A DNA stretch of 62,085 bases, counting the filler. It is 7 parts of 7 records of this genome, joined end to end, with 100 filler letters (N's around TTAATTAATTAA, not from the genome) between each part and the next. Parts side by side here need not be neighbours in the genome. Positions count along the whole stretch, not along the records: positions 54,979 to 62,085 come from SRR31156797_9536; 6 more parts are not named here. One strand, 5' to 3'. The notes below the pieces were generated by a model. It saw only the letters and a list, made by a program, of their open reading frames with translations, did no database searches and was not told where the DNA came from. The stretch's first letter is position 1, and the number at the start of each line of letters is the position of its first letter. Both the position numbers and the translations under genes were made by a program. This document shows positions 59,489-62,085 of the stretch, piece by piece.

Positions 59489-61774
59489 ATGAGATCATTT
59501 TTTTATAAGACAATCCTTTTAGTTATGATCTTCACCTGCTCGATTGTAGCTGATGAAGAGAAGCTTAAACAGGAAATCGAGAAAAGTCTGTCTAAAATGG
59601 CAGAAGAACTGAATGAAGTTAACGACCAATATGTTTCCGCTGAGGCAAAATATCTTTCCCCTCTAGTTCTTAATAGTGAGTATGAAACTCCTGTTGATAA
59701 GAAAATTGTGAAAGCTGAGTTCTATTTTGATAAAAAAGACTATATATCATCGGGCAGTCTTTATTACTCCATTGTTATGTCAAGAGTTGAGAAAGACTCT
59801 ATATGGGAAGAGTCCGTTTTTAAGCTTGCAGAGTCTCTTTACAGAAATCGCAACTACATTTCTGCTAAGAGATACTTTGAAATGCTTATTACAACCATGC
59901 CTGATACTCGTCACAGGATAGAGTGTCTTAAAAGACTCATTTCATCGAGTTACTATCTTGGAGAATATTCTTCAGCTAAGAAATACTACTCTAAGTTCAT
60001 GGAGATCGGATATGACATGTCTAAGGATCAGGAACTTATCTATTTCCTTGGAAAAAGTCTTTACTTCGATGGTCAGATCAAAGAAGCTTTTAATGTTTTC
60101 AAAACAATAAATAACAAAGCTGAATACTTTCCGCAAAGCCAATATTTCATTGGCTCTATTCTTTTGAGATCTGGAAAAGATAAAGAAGCTCTTAAGTTTT
60201 TTGAGAATGTGATCTTGTTGTCTGATAAGGACAAATTTTTTAAATATGATCAGATTAGAGACCTTTCGCTTTTGGCAGCAGCACGAATCGCCTTTGAGAT
60301 GGATGACCTGAACTTGACTCTTAAGTACTATTTGATGCTTGATAAAAGCTCGAAGCATTTTGCAGAAGCGTACTATGAATTATGCTGGACTTACATAAGA
60401 AAAGAGGAGTATAGCAAGGCAATAAATGCGCTTAGGCTTATCAAATATATCGCTCCTGATTCAATAATAGCACCTAAAGCTGAAATCCTGGAAGGATCGT
60501 TGCTTATTAAGATGGAACGCTTTGGTGAAGCAATGATGCTTTTTGATTCAGTTGTTAAGAAGTATGGTGTTATTAAGGAAGAGCTATACTCAATTGATAG
60601 CAAAGACTTCTTTTCTAAAGCAAAGAAAGGCAATACAGCAAATGCTCTTTCTCCTTACTCGCCTATAGTCCGATCACTGTTAAGTGATAATAAGAAGTTT
60701 ACGAACGCGATGCGTCTGAGTGATGACATTGTTGTATTGGAAAAAGAAATAAGTGCAGTTCGACGTCTTGAGAAAAAGATAAGTACGATTGTTGAGAATA
60801 AAAATATTTCAGCCATTTTTCCGCCTTTGAAAGAAGGTTCAAGAACGGTTATTCACTTGCAGAACAGGGTTGTATCAATTAAAAGTGAATTGCTTGGAAT
60901 GAGAAAAAAGGTGGTTTGGAATGTTCTCAATAAGAGTGAGAAGGACGAATATGAAAAACTTGAAAAGAAGAAAATGGAGCTTCTTGGAATAATTGAAGAG
61001 ATGCCACTGACTTCAGAGCAGATTGAAAAGAAAGCTTCCGAATATGCAGAGAAAATAATTGAAATGGAAGGAACGATACACCGGGTTTCAATACAGACCA
61101 AGTCTCTGTATGGTCAGCTGGATGCAGTTAGCCTTTACTATGAAAAAAATACGAAAGGAATCGCTAAGGACGAGAGACTTGTAAAAAAAATAAAGACTGA
61201 GAAACAGGAAGTTCTCAAAATGATAGAGTCTCTTGGTAAATATAAAAAAGAGGTTGAAGAAGAAAAGAATCGTCTTGTTCTTGGCGGCGACCTGATTAGC
61301 AGGGTGATCATTGCAAGAGATAATTTAAATAATATCATTGAGAAACAGAATAAACTTCTTAAGAGATCAGGCAGTGCCCTTGATGGTTTCAACAGTCAGA
61401 TCAATGAACTCCTAAAAAATACTGAGCATATGGATAAGAACCTTAACAAGTTCTATGGAAAATTAAATAGTGCTGTAAAGGGTATAATTCAGGAGATCAG
61501 ACTTTCCTATGAAAAGGAAAGAAACAAGATAAACGAATACCAGAGCGACCTCCTGGGCATTAAGAGGGAAGTCACAGAAATGGCATCTCTTGCGATGTAT
61601 TCAAATATTAACAAAGTTAGAACAACTTTCTCTGACCTTGTTTTAAAAGCTGATCTGGGAATTATTGATGTGGCTTGGGAAAAGAAACAGGAAAAGACCG
61701 ATGCGATATTGAAGCTGCGTACTCAAAGAGCAAAAGAGATAAGATCTCTCTATATGAATATGGAGGATGAATGA
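59489..61774 (+). CDS. exported TPR plus coiled-coil protein (GltC-like)
   Basis: Signal peptide; many TPRs (SVFKLAESLY, SQYFIG, AYYELCW); C-terminal coiled coil ending KADLGIIDVAW. Confidence 0.75.
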   Translation: MRSFFYKTILLVMIFTCSIVADEEKLKQEIEKSLSKMAEELNEVNDQYVSAEAKYLSPLVLNSEYETPVDKKIVKAEFYFDKKDYISSGSLYYSIVMSRVEKDSIWEESVFKLAESLYRNRNYISAKRYFEMLITTMPDTRHRIECLKRLISSSYYLGEYSSAKKYYSKFMEIGYDMSKDQELIYFLGKSLYFDGQIKEAFNVFKTINNKAEYFPQSQYFIGSILLRSGKDKEALKFFENVILLSDKDKFFKYDQIRDLSLLAAARIAFEMDDLNLTLKYYLMLDKSSKHFAEAYYELCWTYIRKEEYSKAINALRLIKYIAPDSIIAPKAEILEGSLLIKMERFGEAMMLFDSVVKKYGVIKEELYSIDSKDFFSKAKKGNTANALSPYSPIVRSLLSDNKKFTNAMRLSDDIVVLEKEISAVRRLEKKISTIVENKNISAIFPPLKEGSRTVIHLQNRVVSIKSELLGMRKKVVWNVLNKSEKDEYEKLEKKKMELLGIIEEMPLTSEQIEKKASEYAEKIIEMEGTIHRVSIQTKSLYGQLDAVSLYYEKNTKGIAKDERLVKKIKTEKQEVLKMIESLGKYKKEVEEEKNRLVLGGDLISRVIIARDNLNNIIEKQNKLLKRSGSALDGFNSQINELLKNTEHMDKNLNKFYGKLNSAVKGIIQEIRLSYEKERNKINEYQSDLLGIKREVTEMASLAMYSNINKVRTTFSDLVLKADLGIIDVAWEKKQEKTDAILKLRTQRAKEIRSLYMNMEDE

Positions 61775-62085
61775 GACTCGATAGGCTGATAATTGTTCTA
61801 ATCCTTGTTTCTCTTTTTTGTCCACTCAGTGCAAAAGAAAAGAAAGAAGAGAAGTCTGAAAAGTCTTCTCCAATGGAACTTATTGTTGATAAGAAAGATT
61901 TTGAAGAAGGATATGTAGAGCGCCAGGTTCTTAGATATGAAGCAATAATTAAGCAGTATAGAGAGGAACTCAGATCTCTTATTAAGAGAAGTGTTGAAGA
62001 GAAAAAAAGAGTTGTCGAGAAGAAATATGCTCCAACAATTAAGAAAGAGCTTGAAAATGAAAACATTAACCGAATGGATGCCACA
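61771..62085 (+). CDS. exported protein N-terminus, possibly a GltD-like TPR protein (3'-partial)
   Basis: ATGA overlap with the previous stop. Manual translation MRLDRLIIVLILVSLFCPLSAKEKKEE... stays open to the window end. Confidence 0.65.
   Translation, partial: MRLDRLIIVLILVSLFCPLSAKEKKEEKSEKSSPMELIVDKKDFEEGYVERQVLRYEAIIKQYREELRSLIKRSVEEKKRVVEKKYAPTIKKELENENINRMDAT

Noticed and set aside
500-62084. Many short antisense or overlapping ORFs in the track (e.g. 1274..1618, 40479..41045, 42317..42895, 61662..62084)
   Set aside because: They are shadow frames of well-supported genes and have no recognisable motifs or RBS.

Overview
The window is not one locus. It is seven unrelated contigs joined by artificial 100-bp linkers (44 N + TTAATTAATTAA + 44 N), most likely a concatenated metagenome from an anoxic setting. 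Taxon assignments below are inferred from gene content and composition. (1) 1-9040, AT-rich anaerobe: NuoF/HydB C-terminus, a multimeric [FeFe]-hydrogenase catalytic subunit, and a cheW-mcp-cheR-cheD-cheB-cheA cluster. (2) 9141-14163, Bacteroidota accessory region next to a tRNA-Ser 3' end: truncated TlpA-like gene, decayed IS1380 between two truncated genes, clustered REP-like palindromes, and an HTH/HipA toxin-antitoxin pair. (3) 14264-22114, Bacteroidota: SusD/RagB-like lipoprotein, two more lipoproteins, a pseudogenised SusD paralog, dnaB and a ddl end. (4) 22215-27260, Bacteroidota housekeeping: ileS, dksA-like, lspA, cysS, ribE. (5) 27361-44035, AT-rich anaerobe: SDRs, an MCP, a GltD-like oxidoreductase, an atypical ClC, nitroreductase, GntR, LivK-like, pntA1/A2/B, and a GxxExxY gene among decamer-built inverted-repeat elements. 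(6) 44136-54878, Arcobacter-like Campylobacterota: flhA end, batD-like, nrfHAI. (7) 54979-62085, low-GC organism with a myxobacterial Glt/Nfs-like cluster interrupted by murI. The best candidates for undescribed biology are the GxxExxY gene with REPIN/MITE-like repeats, the low-GC Glt-like cluster, the ClC lacking its gating glutamate, and the hydrogenase beta subunit lacking the C-terminal bifurcation domains.
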